Source: Podarcis cretensis | Lineage: Eukaryota | Length of the DNA stretch: 64,000 nt | Assembly: GCA_951804945.1 (NCBI GenBank) | Contig: OX638150.1 | Coordinates: 66,898,001-66,962,000 of the forward strand | Direction: 5' to 3' | In this document: piece after piece, positions 22,299-36,800 of the stretch | Layout: every line of letters begins with the position of its first letter | Position numbering within the stretch: the first letter of the stretch is position 1 | Made by a program: the position numbers and the translations under genes | Notes under the pieces: generated by a model | Seen by the model: the letters and a program-made list of their open reading frames with translations, nothing else | What the model was told of the DNA's origin: nothing | Database searches by the model: none

Positions 22299-25200
22299 CA
22301 GTACAAGAAATTCCAGGGTGACCCTCTTTGTGTAGCATTTATTGCTCCCACATCAAAATTTGAAAATGTGCAAATTGGATCCAGATCGTTCCAGGAGTAT
22401 TCAAATTGTGTCATAGCAAGCCTCTATCAGTCAAGAAAATGCTTTCAAGCCTTTCCAAATTTAGTTGTACTTTACACATGACATTTTACCTGCATGGAAA
22501 TAGGGCGGGAAAGATGTCATTTAACAAGACTGCACCCATGTTTGATCTGCCACATGTACAGATACTTGGCTCTGCAATTATGGCATTCCATTGTGTCTAT
22601 GAAAACTAGACTGGTATGTGATCTTCACACATGATGATGTACACAAGGTTCCTATGTCTTTTCTAATTCATGTACACTTGTGTAGGTACAATGTCATGTG
22701 TGAAATAACCCTAAGATAAAGACACACCCCCACCCGAAAAAAGGCAGCTCAGCTTGTACCATTCCTTCTCAACCTAGGCCTGAAAGTAGAAACATCAAAG
22801 GCAAGGAACCAAACAAAAAATGTTCATAAGAATTATCAATCAGTTTAATACCCAGGAAGAACTATGAGGAGGTGAGTTGCATTGGTACCTCACTTCATAA
22901 CCCATAATAGGCTCAGAAATGTTCAGACAGTAGGATATCACAATTGTTTAACTGCTGCCTTCCCCTCCTTAGGGGATGTCACCCCCTTCCACTTTGAGAA
23001 CCACGGTTTTGGTATGTAGAAATGAGATTCTCTTGTTATTTACAGTTACTTCAAAGCAAAGAGTAAACGGCCCGGTTAAAGAGAGCATGATGAGACAAGC
23101 ATCTCTGATTATTATCCTGCCATGAAAATCCATCAGATATGATGACAAAATTACCTACTGCTTAGGGTGCTCCAAGACACCTGTGGTTAAATTACACACT
23201 GTTCATTTTTAATTAGAAGCAAATATTGCAAGAGTGGTGTTCTGCAGCACTCTCCATAATCCTAGGCCTGATAGCAGCCACCTCGATGACATAAAAAGGC
23301 TCCTTCATTCACATTTTATCTGGGTGAAGGGATTCAATGCATTTAAAGGGCCTCCGTGTGATTAAATGCCCTTGACGTTGTGCTCATCTTCCTGGCTCTG
23401 CTCCCAACCTCCATGTCATAGCGTGAATGGAAAGCTGGCAGTGCTTGTGGAGAGTCCTCCACACAACCAGTAGCCCTGTGTTACTGGGACTTCCAATCAC
23501 ATGGAGCACTGTTCATAAGTACATCTGGCTTAAGAGGATTCCTCAGTGCCTATAGGTGGGAGGCAGAGCTGCGAGGACAACACAAAGATAACACAGACAG
23601 CACATCAAGGAAGCAAATAACTGAGTCATATCAGTGGAGGAGTTAAGAGTTGCAAGCCATTTTATGATAAGCTGTAAAGTCCATTCAAGATACTGTTTAT
23701 GAGGGCTAAAGGCCACATGGACAAGCATGTGGTTGTAATCATGAAAAGGAGCACTAGGATCTATTCTCACACATTTGGCTGAGATGTGTCCTGGCATTTC
23801 TGCCTCTGTAGTCCATCCAGAGAGAGCGTGGGTGCATCTCATAGGTGCATCTTCAGGAAAAAGCAATTGCTTTCCCATTTCAGCAAGAGTAGGAAAAAAT
23901 GGTCCCATGGAAGGAAGAAAATGATTCAGCAAAGGAGAACCTTGTATTAATAATGTTCAGCTTTCAACTATTCCAAACATGCTGCTCTCAGGACCATTAC
24001 TGTCTACAGTGCAGATGACCAGGGAACTAGAATAGATTGTGCAAGTAGCATGGGATGGGATGTCCATTTGACCCACAGCAAAACATTTTTAAAAAGTACA
24101 GAAAGTGCAGAGAAACTCTTAATGTCAGCACAAAGCAATCTGTTTCTGATTAAAAGGCAAGATGGCCACCTTACATACAAAAATACAGGAAGAAGACAAC
24201 TGACAGGTGTCTGGTTCGCCCTTTGCTGTCAACATTTCAGTTTCTGAAAACAAAAGCATTCCTTAGTTTCTGGAAATGCTTTTTTGTTATTACAGTACTG
24301 AATGGGAATATATCTGATGGAACTTGGCAAAGTAAAGGGTCCATGTCTTTGGGGCCCTTGGGCTAGAAAGGTGGTATATAAATGTGAATTTTTAAAAACA
24401 AGTTAACTAAATTAATGGTATAAAGTGTTGTGGGGTGAGCCATAGAAAGTCAATGTATTTTTCTTTTGTTTTGACAGTTGCACTACCAGAGATGCTTATT
24501 TTCAAGAAGTTTTTTAGTGGTTTGCATTGGTTATGACACAGTCAGTTCACTGAAAAGCAGTACAGTGAGTTCCCTTCAAAGCTGAACCCAAGGCACACTT
24601 CCCTACAGGAACTAGGGAAAAGGTGGTAATGTTGGTCTGTTGTAGCAACAGCAACAAAGAGTCCTGTGGCACTTAAAGACTAACAAGTTTTTGTAGCACA
24701 AAAAACTTGTGCTACAATATGTTTTACCACAGGACATTGTTTTCTCTAAAGGAATCCTCTATGAAATGGAAATATTAACAGCATCACAAATCAGATGTAG
24801 CACACAATTTATGAAAAATGGTTTCATAAATAACTCCCACATGCATTTCTGTAATTTAGAAAACAAAAACATACAGATATATTGGAACCTATCCAAAAAC
24901 CCTAAGTTTAAGTAAAAATCGGTAGACAACACTTATAAGCAACCTTGTTATATTTTCATTTAAGCCATTTCCTTGAATTTCTTTGTGGGCTAGAGAGAAC
25001 TAAGAACTTGATAGCAAGACTGATGAAGTCAGTTTGGAAGACACACCCATTTCAATGATGCTTGGATTAAGCCATTACTAAATACTGTACTTAGGTGCTT
25101 CAGGTTAGCGGTAAATAAGGCTTGAAGACACCAGTGAAGTGCACTTTTGGTGGAAGGTGAAATTATAATATATTAACACTCTTAGGTATGCACTCTTAGG

Positions 25201-26291
25201 TATGTTTACACAGAAGTAAGTCCCCAGGTATTCAATGAGGCTTATTTCACAGTAAGTTTGTTTAAGATTGCAGCCTTTAGTGACACTGTTAGGACTTCAG
25301 ACCTAACTGAATGGCTCCTGTCATTAATATTCTTATTTTTTACCTGGTACTTAAATCCAAGGGGGTCACCCGGGATAACCATTGTATTGGGACGCAGGAC
25401 TATACACCATCTCTGTTCAAGGAGGGAGACCTGTGCCTATGCCTTAAGTCAATGCACTCAGCAAGGAGAAGCACATCATACTTATTATTGAAACTAGTTT
25501 TATTTGGCATGTTGGACTGAAGAGAATGATGGGGTTGCAATCTTTGAGAGATGAATGAGAGCTTTTAAAGCAACATGAAGTAGAGTCACTAGAAATGCAT
25601 AGACTATGGGGCACCTGGAGAAAATCCACATCTCTGACATGTTTTAACCTGGGTATTGAACTCCAAAGCTAATCCTGGAGGTCTGACTGAATCTTCAGAG
25701 GTTTTGGGGGTATTGTGGTAAAAAATTCCCTTGTTTTTCTTATTGAGCAATGATCACATGTAAGGCCATTTCATTAAGGAATACTTGTCAGGTTGATAAA
25801 TGGGCTCAGCACTGCAAAGAAAATATACATATTGCCATGTAACAGAGTTGTTTGATCTTTCGTCCCCCCATTAATTTTACTGATAATGAAACAAGACAAT
25901 GAAATTAGGTTCCTTTGAAATGAACTATTGGTGTCTTTAGGTTTTTGTGTATTTGTTTCTGAAGGGCTTATCTTTCTGAGAGCTCATTTTTTATGTTAAT
26001 TTGGGTCCTGATCTTGCAACTTTAAAGTTACAAATTTAGTTACTGCCTGCACTTAGGTAGTTGAGGTAGTATGCAGAGAGGAGGTAGGATGTTGGAAATG
26101 ATGCTACCAATAAGAATCAAGTATCTTTTAGATAGAGATGGGGAACCTGTAAGCCCTACAGATGTTATTGGAGTTCCCAAAACCCCACTCAGTGTGGCCA
26201 GGGAAGATGGGTGTTGTAGCCCAGAAACAGCTGGAGGCTTGCAGCTTCCCCATCCATGCTTGCTTAATTACTGGTCCTAATTTATCTTATA

Positions 26292-26370
26292 CAGGGTGAG
26301 TCCTTAAAAGAGGCCCCGTGGATACAGAGTACGCATGTTCCATGGGGCCTCTTTTAAAAGATTCACCCTA
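26292..26370. mobile_element. Tiny (79 bp) Tc1/mariner MITE forming a hairpin
   Basis: TIRs cagggtgagtccttaaaagaggcccc / ggggcctcttttaaaagattcaccct with TA on both sides. Confidence 0.85.
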
Positions 26371-28703
26371 TACTAGCATGGGAGACCTTTACAGCTTGCC
26401 ACCAGTTCCACAAATAGCCACCCTGCTTACTACAAAAGGCAGCTGTTAGCAACTATTAAAACTCTCCTTTGCCAGTTACTAGAACCCTTTCCTTTTAAAA
26501 ACAAACTGGGTAGAACAGGACATGGTTTGACACATAAGCACCTCCCATTTCCTCTCACCCCCCCCCCCAACTCTTTAGAACCCAACAAAAGTCAAGCATG
26601 AAAGTTAAAGGATGCTTAAACCTTTTGATTAGGGCTTATGCAATAAATAAACCTATGCTGGCTTTGGAATTTTACTCTGTAGGCAGACATTTCTGAACAG
26701 CAATAGTTTGGTGTGACAAGAAGCCATGCCTATAAATACTGAGTGCCATACATGTGATCTAATGATGAAACAGATCCTTGTATCATGCCCGTGTTATGGA
26801 CACTTTAGTCAAATCAGTCATGTTTTCATGGGAAACATTATTTAAAGAACATCTATGACATGTGCAAAAATGAACCCAGGCATTGTGTTGGAAAGATAGA
26901 TCACAAGCAAAAAAAAATAAATTAAAAATCACTGTGCCCTATTTATTGCCTTTACCAAAGGAATAACAAAAAAAAATTACAGCTATTTATTTCAAATCTC
27001 AGTTGTTAAAAGAATTTGTAAAACATACAGGTCTCTGGTGTAAGTATATTGTAGTTTTTTTAAAAGATAAAAGTATTATCAGTCTGTATACACAAGTATA
27101 TCAGATTTTGTTAACTCAAAATATCTTCCAGTGTAAAGTTTGGAAGATTATCTGTGCCGGGAAGCATACTGGCAACATGGTTGTGATTTTAAAAAAATGT
27201 TCTGTAGATGGACACAACTGAGACCTGTATGTTTTAAGGTACATTTAAACTATTGTTTTTGTTATCAATTGTTTGTTATTCTGTTACAATATTGGCTTTT
27301 CTTTGTGTTCTATCCTTTCCACTTCCGGTGTTAAAAGAGTAGGCAGTCTTGTGGGAAATGCTGCTTTAAAAGGACTGCTGACATATTGTCACTTGGGGAG
27401 ACAACACAGGGACTGGTCACCAGAACAGCTGTCTGCATTTTCTATTTGAAAAACTTGTGCATTTAATTTCCATTTAATGAACAGAGGTAAGTGGGCCCTG
27501 TGGTATTCTTAGTTTATTTTTATTTTCTTCAGTTTCATGTTCATTTTCACGGCATAGGTTATCCAGACACTGTCCTCACTCATATCCCAATAACGTAATT
27601 TTTCAGTTTTCCTCCACATTGGGATTTCTCCCAGATGGCAGTTTATCTTTATCTCTGGTTGCCAAGGAGAAGCAAAGGTGGATGCTGAACCTGCTTGCAC
27701 TGAAATCAATGTAAGATACACCATCGGCTTACATGCCTGTAGTAGATATCCCAGGGATTTTCTCCATCAGGATTTAAGATCTGGTTCTTGGCCTGATTGT
27801 CACAAGTAAATGGAAATGTTGTCATTGACCTCAAGTCGTTGCAATATTACACCTCTTGCATTATAGCTGCCTCTTTCTGAAATACTTAATAGACTTTGCT
27901 GTTATATTCAGCACATCTTAAGCTGCCATAAATGCTATGGATAAAGATAAATGCTCTTAATTACTGTGCCAACTAACCTTTTATGGCTTTCAGAGCATGG
28001 TTTTATACCTAGAAGATGTTGTGGAAAGCTAGTATCAGCTGCCTTTACAGCAGCAACATTGAAAACAGATTGCATTACTTTCTGGCTTGGTTTGATTCAG
28101 CAACAAATGAGTTGGATCCAGACTTAGTCACATTTAGAGTATACATATTGCAATCAATGTGACTTAAGCTAGCAGTAAATAACTTAAGATCTATTGATCT
28201 GAATGGGTCATCTCTACGCATGTCTAAATCTGTATCCACCCCAGTGGGCCAAGTTATATGCACAGACATACATGGGCTCCAGGCTTCTCTAAAAATAGAT
28301 GTACTGCTGTGAGAGGAACTGTGATATGGCAGATTATATGTATTTAATAATGCAGCATGGGACTGTCTAAAACTGACATTATTCCAGACACATTGCAGAC
28401 ATTAGCACTTTATGGATTCAGTGAAGAAATATTAAGCTTGTTAACTATGTCAGAGGTCAAAGGTGTGACCCAGCAGGTTCTGAGACCTCAGAAAGCATCT
28501 CCGAGGTCTCGTGAGGCCTCAGAGATGCTTTCCGAGGCCTTGCACAACCTCTGAAGTTGTGCGGAGGCCCTGTAGTATGGGTGCTGAGCACAACATTTTT
28601 GTTGGCTACTCAGGCACCCAGAGCCCCCTATAGTTGGTGCCCCTAGGAAGTATTTATTTGTTAGCCAGCTTAGAACTCAATGGGCTTACACTGAAGTCCT
28701 TCT

Positions 28704-28838
28704 CAGTGTTTCATATATTTGGGTCCCCAGCTGTTGTTGGACCACAACTCCCATCATCCCTAGCCAGCAGGACCAGTGGTGGGAATGATGGGAGTTGTAG
28801 TCCAACAACAGCTGGGGAACTAAGTTTGAGAAACACTA
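28704..28838. mobile_element. hAT MITE, same core family
   Basis: Palindromic core actcccatcatccct...atgatgggagttgtagtcc. Further degenerate copies at ~5720-5825, 14100-14210, 26138-26258, 32665-32755, 33025-33160, 35620-35740 and 44127-44250. Confidence 0.8.
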
Positions 28839-31401
28839 TAAAAGATGAATACATTATGGACTGTTCACCTTGTTCATGTGTCACAATAAGCCATAAACTA
28901 TGGTTTATCATGCAGTAGCAAATCATTCCTACTTCACTTTGCTCTACCCTACCAGCTTGCAGTAGGAAGGAACAAATGATAATCGATCCCAAGCCTAGAG
29001 TTATATCTGAAATGGCATTGTGGTTTGCTTCCCTCTGAACAAGCTACAATTAGGGTGTTACTGGTAAAGGCTTTGATAGAGTGTTATGCCAAGGCTTGTG
29101 ACTTGTTTCTCTCCATTGTGTGAGAGAGGAGCAAAACAATCTAGTTTGGCATGTTCACAGTGAGCTGGCCTTCAACTCATAGGGTGAGACCCACTAGTGG
29201 GCTGAAGCTTAATCCTAGGTGGGTGACAACCACAGCTACCAACATGGTACAAGATTAAGAAATTGGTCCCCAAATGCATGTTTGGGTTTAAAAATAGGTC
29301 CGGAGTCTAAAAAGGTTTAAGATATCTAATCTATCGTTCCCCTGACAAGCAAACTTGGCCACTATATGTTAAAGTATCAACATATATTTGGGGGTGTACT
29401 TTATTTGCACTTGGGTACCCATGGGCAATTGCAATACTCCTATTTGAACTGGATTCCCTATACTGTTGGTATAAGAAGGAGGAATGGCCATCTAAAAATA
29501 TTTCACCCTTTCGTTTGAATAACCCATTTAATATTTTGCTCTTGATTTGGTTGGGGAAGATTTTACCTTTTCTGGCTTTTGGAATCTCTTGAGGCTTTCT
29601 GAATCTAAAGAGTAGCAAACTTGCCCAAAAATCTCTTCTTCTTTTTGGTGGAAGAGGTGACTATGTAACACAGCAGGCCTGTATATCTATGTCAAGGGGA
29701 AGGGAGGTAGGCTGAAATTTCCCATGCAAAATCTGTCAAAACTACAGGGATATAAAATCTCTCGGAAATTTAATTTGACTGGTGCAGATGGTATTCCGCT
29801 AGGAAAACCCAGCAGCACTGCCATGTGCTGGAAATGTTTCATGTTCTTGTATCAGAGCACCTTGTCATCTTTTGCTTCAAATCTTTTCTTGCTAGTACCA
29901 TTGTTTTAGCAGTAGCAGCATGTTCCTTTTTCAAAGGAGAGATGAGACATCTCATAATTTCCCTTTAAGAAGGGTGCATTGTTGATCATTTCGTGATCAA
30001 TTTTAGTTTTCAAAGAAAAGGTCCACTAAAGAACAATTTAAAATAATTTCTTTGCCTTGCTGTTCATTCTGCTTTGTTTTTCTGCCAGAGTGTGTAGGCA
30101 GCAGGAGGAAAATAGAAAAATGTTACATTTGCATAGTGCCCTGCTACCAAACACTTGAAATAAACATGCACCAACTTAGAAAATGGGCTTGTTAAAAGAA
30201 GCTTTGGGGCCTTTCAGAAAGTTCCCATAGGATGAACTATTTCTGAATTTTCTCTAACAATAAGTTTGCTGCATAGTCTGTGGCAGGCACATCTTTTGTG
30301 TTGTTACAGGAATTTATTCTACATTCGTGTGTGGGCTTTCTTTTCCCCCCATTCTAAAACCTTAATCACTGATAAGAGATAAAATAGTCCAAGGGTTTCT
30401 GCTGCCTGAATGTATTACTGCTTTCTAAAGCAATGTTATTTCTATGGGCTTCAACAAGATTTTTTCATAGCAGAGCAGCATCTGTAACACCTCTGAGCAG
30501 CTTTGGTTTTTGAAAAACCACAACAATGTATCTCACACAAAAAAATAAATGGGTGGGATTCTATTTTTCCTACAAGATTGGATAACAAGAGTCCATAGTA
30601 AAGACATTGCTACATTTCTCCTTCCTGCAGTTTCATTATATAATTATCTCTCTCTCTCATATATGAGAGAGAAAACTCTTAGGGTTTTTTATATGCTAAC
30701 AAGGAATTAGCATTTTTGTTTAAAGAGTGCCTTTTTCTTGGCCATTTTCTGAGTTTGCAGCCACCAGCTCTAGCTAATTTTAGTTGGTCTTACAAATGCA
30801 AGAAATCATTGATGCTTTAGTGGTATATTAATGATGCCTCAATTATAAGCACAAACAGCCTAAATAATATTAATAGCCAAGGCAATTGCTGTTCAGTTTT
30901 CTCAATATTGCCATCTTACAACCATCAAGCAAGCATCAGTATCAATGTAGAAGCAAGTTATTAAGCTGAACTGCTAACTGGTATTTGTTAATGAAGTATG
31001 CATTCAGATGGGCAAAAGGGTATGGGCTTTTGAAGCAAGGGACAATTTAGCAGCTATGGGGTGTTTAATATTTCTCCCACCCACCCCCACCACACCACAC
31101 CCTCTTCTACTGTATCTAAACTGTAGCCATTAAATATATTTTTTGAACTGGAAGTGATACTGCAGTCATGTAAAACACAAAACACCATTGACTCAATGTG
31201 GGGGCATGATCTAGATTTACACAGGCCAAAGGTCTAATTCAATACATTTTGCAGTATTTAACAGCAGATATGAAAATATTCACTATTTTCTCTCTATTTA
31301 CACCACATACAAAACAGGTGCAATCAAAAGGATCCACAGTCAGATCTCAAACATTTTGCAGAGTTGGAAATTCTGATTTAGACCAGAGTAATGGGATTGG
31401 G

Positions 31402-31772
31402 GGGACGCAGGTGGCGCTGTGGGTTAAAGCCTCAGCGCCTAGGGCTTGCCGATCGAAAGGTCGGCGGTTCGAATCCCTGTGGCGGGGTGCGCTCCCGCTG
31501 CTCGGTCCCAGCGCCTGCCAACCTAGCAGTTCGAAAGCACCTCCGGGTGCAAGTAGATAAATAGGGACCGCTTACCAGCGGGAAGGTAAACGGCGTTTCC
31601 GTGTGCGGCTCTGGCTCTGGCTCTGGCCAGAGCAGCGATGTCACGCTGGCCATGTGACCCGGAAGTGTCTCCGGACGGTGCTGGCCCCTGGCCTCTTAAG
31701 TGAGATGGGCGCACAACCCCAGAGTCTGTCAAGACTGGCCCGTACGGGCAGGGGTACCTTTACCTTTACCTT
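31402..31772 (+). mobile_element. Sauria SINE, full length, young
   Basis: CpG-rich, with intact A/B boxes and a (TTTACC)n tail. TSD taatgggattggg at 31389-31401 and 31773-31785. Confidence 0.95.
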
Positions 31773-31884
31773 TAATGGGATTGGGGGGAGAGCTTCAGAC
31801 TTTTCCCCTGCACCATTTTCCCATTCTAAATCTCTCCCTAAGCTGCTATTGGCTCCATGTTAGCATAATGTATATAACATTATA

Positions 31885-32110
31885 CAGTGGTGCCTTGCAA
31901 GACGAAATTAATCCGTTCCGCGAGTCTCTTCGTCTTGCGGTTTTTTCGTCTTGCGAAGCACGGCTATTAGCAGCTTAGCGGCTATTAACGGCTTAGCGGC
32001 TTAGCGGCTATTAATGGCTTAGCGGCTTTAAGAAAAAGGAAACAAACTCGCAAGAACTCGCAAGACGTTTCGTCTTGCGAAGCAAGCCCATAGGGAAATT
32101 CATCTTGCGG
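31885..32110. mobile_element. Truncated Tc1/mariner (Tigger-like) MITE with internal GCGGCTTA repeats
   Basis: TA followed by the cagtggtgcc terminus, reiterated ttcgtcttgcg subterminal motifs, right TIR missing. Confidence 0.7.
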
Positions 32111-33819
32111 ATACATCTGTTTACAACCAGAGGCATACCTAGGTTCCCTTGCGCAATGAACTCCCCTGCAAGGAGCTGTATCAGTGCCCCCCATCCCTTG
32201 CCCTTGGCAAGATTATCAAACCCTCCACCCAGAAAAATGGAGGAGTGGGCTGGCTCCTAACCACTCTGAGCCAAAGGCTCAAATCTTGCACCCTTGGCAG
32301 GGACCAACTTGGCCAATCTCTAGGTATGTCCTTGTTTACAACCCAGTCCTCAGCTCAGCTGAACTGAGATCTCAGGATTTCAAACAATAGTCTGTTCAAC
32401 TTAACTGTGTTGCAACAATTTTCACACATAACACCATGCGGTAGTGTTGGGTGTTTTGTTTGTTTGTTTTCATATCTATGACATCAATATAAACCCTATA
32501 TTGGATAGAATTAACCATTTGTTTTTTAAAATTTGCTCTCTGCTTCCTGTTCTGCATTGACAGCCTTTACATATGTGCACAAATGTCAGACGAGAGGTTC
32601 AAAAGCGCTTTCAGGATCACATCTGAAAATGCCCTCAAGTTCTTGGCTTAAATCAAGGAACTAATCAGGAATCTGTGGCCCTCCAGACATTGACGAAAGC
32701 AACTGCATCATCACTGATCTCTAGGGCTGGTGGGAGTTGAAGGGCCGCAGTCCCCATCTTTTGCTTAAGCTGAAATATAAAAATCTGCAAATAGAAAGAG
32801 TCTTGCTGAATCAAATCAAAGGGCCATTTAGTCCAGCATTCTGTTTCCAACAGCAGCCAGCTAGGAAACTTATAAGCAGAGCCTGAAGGACATCACATCC
32901 TGTACATTCCCAGCACTAGTGCCCAGAGGTTTACTGCCTTTGAAGAGAAGGATGTTGCTTAAATAGAGCTTTTGGAGTTAAGAGCAGCAACCTGGATGCA
33001 ATGTCCCTGGAGTGGAATGGCTCACAGTAGGGGCGAGGAGCCTGTGGCCCTCCAGATGTTGTTGAAGCTTAGCTTCCATCAGCCTCTGTGACTATTGCTA
33101 GTGGTAAGGGATGATGGGAATTGTAATTCAGCAACATCTAGAGAACCACAGGTCCCCCATTTATGGGGCTAACTGTCCTAAACATATGCATTCCACAGGA
33201 TTCAGTGGGGCTTCCAGGTAAGTTTGCTTGGGACTGCAGTATTGGAGTCACTTTCCCAACCATAGCTACAGCTTATTTTTAATAGCTTGCCTTGTCTGGA
33301 TACTGGTGCTCGACATATCATATAACTACTTGTGTTGATCCACTAAAATGTTGCGCATACAGAGCACTGAGAGCAGAATACAATCTCTGCTGGTATAAGC
33401 AATGACATTTCGGCTGCCAGAATCCTATCTGTCTGTGAACGTAACATAAAAACAGCCCATATGCCATCACAGTTTTCCATCTGTGATAGTAAAATGTGTT
33501 GTCTTACCTATGGTAAACACCAACTCTTTCATGAAACCACAACAAAAGGTTCAAGTTCTAAATCACATTTTTCATGAAGTTCACATTTTGTTTGGCTTTT
33601 TATTTTTATTTATGTGTGTGTGTGTGTGTGATTGTGTGAGAAAAAAATTAAAGCTTTTTTTATCAAGTAACATCAATCCTTGCACACTCTATGCAAAATT
33701 TTGTAAGCATTGCAATAATGCTATGAATTACACAAGGAAGTATTTTAACTTTATTACACTTTCTGTATAAAAAGATTTGTATTTAAAATTATTTCAACTG
33801 CAATCTTGTAAAATATATT

Positions 33820-33825
33820 AATAAA
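33820..33825 (+). terminator. Candidate distal polyadenylation signal for a long SGCD 3'UTR
   Basis: AATAAA preceded by several TGTA motifs in AU-rich, repeat-free sequence and followed by TGTGTGG and a U-rich stretch. Other AATAAA hexamers (e.g. ~26642, ~26916) are alternatives. Confidence 0.3.
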
Positions 33826-36800
33826 ATAATGATTGTTAAGAAATAATGTGTGGCTCCATTTTCTTCCATCATTTTCAGAGCAAAAATATGAAGCCAAATG
33901 AGCACTGAATGTTTAGGATGCGGCCTAAAGTGGGGGGCGGGGAGTACTACAAAGATGGTTCAGCTACCTTATCCTACACTCTGTCAGGCTTCAGTGGCAC
34001 AGTAGATGTTCATCCTGTTTCCTACTGTTTTTTAAAACATGCACACACCGGTTCCCCACCTATCAAAAACAAAGGTAAGATTTAGTTGGGCTTAGGAGCA
34101 TGACCACCATTTTCTCCCTGGTTTGGGGGCATGAGGGGGACTGGGATAGCTTTAGCTTCAATACTGCCCTTCTTCCAAAGATCACAGGGTGGTTCACAAG
34201 ATAAAAACACAAAAACAAACCATAATAATCACCACCACCACCTCTCTCACACACAGTTTAAAAGGCCATAGACTGTTTAATTAAACAACATAAAAACTTG
34301 GCTCTCAAGTCAGTAAATACCAAGCATTCTGTGTGAAGAGAAGACATGGCATTGGCTGTGCTTGTCATGATAAACTAGGGATGCTGGTGCACACAACTCA
34401 GTTGCTCCCAATTTATTCCTCTGGGTGCAAGCAAGAGAAGTCACAATTAAGCTTAGCTGCCTGTAAGCTCCAAGGCTGGGATTGTGGCTTGTTGCTCCCT
34501 AACCAGCCAGGATTTGTAAGCCAGCAGCAAACTATGGTTTAAGACTGTCTCGTGACATTGGCTCATAAGAATGTAAACAGATCATGAACTTGGGCTCAGA
34601 CACCACAGATGTAAAATAATCCACAAACCATCTTAATGCAAAGTCCAAATGTTTCCATTGCATCGTCACATAATCAAATGTCCTTTAAGCTTTGAGTGAT
34701 AGGTTGCACAGGCTTAGTTCTCTATAAAATTACTAGTTTGTTTGTTGGTTTGTTTTATGAGATTTATAAAATAATTTATATATTGCCCTTCATCAAAAGA
34801 TCTCAGGGTGGTTCAAAAGATAAAATGGAGGTTAAAGTAAAGCACAAATAAATAGTTAAAGAAAAATAACAACTCACAAACACATTTAAAAGGCTGCAAA
34901 ATATTAATCAGCCAGAGGCCTGGCTGAAGAGGAGGTTGTCATGAGCCCCAAAGGTTTCCAAATATAGAGGATGGAAAGGTGGATATAAAACAATTATGTG
35001 ACAACAATGATTAGCATTTCTATTTAATCTACCTTCGTAGTTTAAAGGGCACTGCAAAACAAATCTGAGTTTGCAAGGTGGGAGTCTGGCTATATTGAAG
35101 TACATGATCGTTTCTTTACAGTTAACTTTTATTTTTCCTAAAAATCAGCAGCCCTATATTACTGAGGATGCTGATTTACAAACATATAAGCATTCTTCCT
35201 TTAAAAATTGCAGGATTGATGCTACTGATAATATTTTGTCAGTATTTGCATGTTTGTCTACACCTACAGTCAGAAACATCCATCACCACCCAGCAAGGCC
35301 TTTGTTTTCATTCCCACAAGAAAACAGACTTGTGCAGTCAGAAAACACCAAATGCCTTGCAAGGCTGGGATGTGTTGGCGCCATCTGCTCTTCTTCATTA
35401 GGCAAGCATGACAAGGGGTGGAAAATCTAAAGTGGCAAATATTTAATTTAGAAAAGATAATTTGAGGCAGTAATTTTCTGTGGCAAATGTCGAAGCACAT
35501 TGAAGGCAGACAGTAGCAAGCAGCAAAATACTTGCAAGCACAGGGTTTTTCCAGGTGTTGAAACACTGGAGTGGACAACGAATAACTTAGAAACCGCATA
35601 TACTACTGCTGGGGGGACAACACAAAGTGGTGTTCTCCAGTTGTTTTGAACTACACCTTCCCATCATCCCTGATCATCGGCTATGCTGGCTGACTATGAC
35701 TAATTGGATTTGAAGTCTACAACATCTGGAGGGAGCCACCTTGAGATGGGCACATGTGTGGAACAGAAGAAGACTTGTGTAGGAGGTAGTGTGAAAGATT
35801 TGCCCGGGACCCCAGAGAACCACTGCTAATGCTAGCTAGATAAACAAACAGGTTACCTCAGTAAAAGGTAGCTTCCTGTGTTCCTAATGCATACCTTCCA
35901 AATGTCCCTATTTTCCAGGGACAGTCCTGGAATTACAAAAGCCATCCCAGCTTCTGATTTGATCCCAGAATGTTCCTATTTCTCCCACCAGTGCCCTGCT
36001 CAGGGAGGAGGATGAGCCGGCATTTGTCCTGAGCAGCGGCAGCAGTGACTGCGAGGCAGCAGCCTGTTTTCTCTCCATGGCCATCACTGCCAGCCTCCTC
36101 CATTGTCCAGCTCATAGTGGCTTCTGGGAAATGGGCAAGGAGGAGGAGAGTCTACTCTGTGCAACCATGTCTAATCTTGCCCCTTTGGTATGTGTTTTTC
36201 TTTTGTAAAATCTACCAAAGAATAAAATAAAATCAAGATTAATGGATGATCTCAGGATGGCGGAGGGTGTGTGTCCCATTGGCGAAGTGGTGGAAGAAAT
36301 GCTCTGTTGGGGAGAGGACAAAAAATGGGAGGCGGTTGAGCAAGGTCAGTTGGGGGAGAGTGAGAAATATCCCTATATTTGTCTGAAGAATATTAGAGGG
36401 TATACAAATGAGGCACTTCCTGTTTCTCCATGAGGTCACTTCTAGCTAGCCAGAACTCATTTTCAGGGCAAAGGATTTCCTGTCTCCCATCAAAAGAGAC
36501 TAATGGTTGGATGCAGTTTCACAAGTGCCACCCAAGACCACTAAAGAGTTAGATTCATGTGCATCTTATTTAGAGGGAAATGTAAAATAACTGTAAGACA
36601 GGAAGAGAACTTGTGAGGCACATTATTTTCAGCTATGAAAGCAAATTTTAATATGGGAAAGGGAACCCTTCTGCAGCTACTATTAATGAGCTTCTTGGGG
36701 GCTGCTCATTCCCTAGAAGCTCAGACATTCAAGACACATAACCAGTGTTTTAATTTGATGTAGTCACTTCCTATTGCTTAAACTTTAAGTCTTAAAGTCA

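Noticed and set aside
36045-36439. Overlapping short ORFs as a possible processed pseudogene or viral fragment
   Set aside because: No recognisable homology in any frame, and the region adjoins a DNA-transposon remnant.
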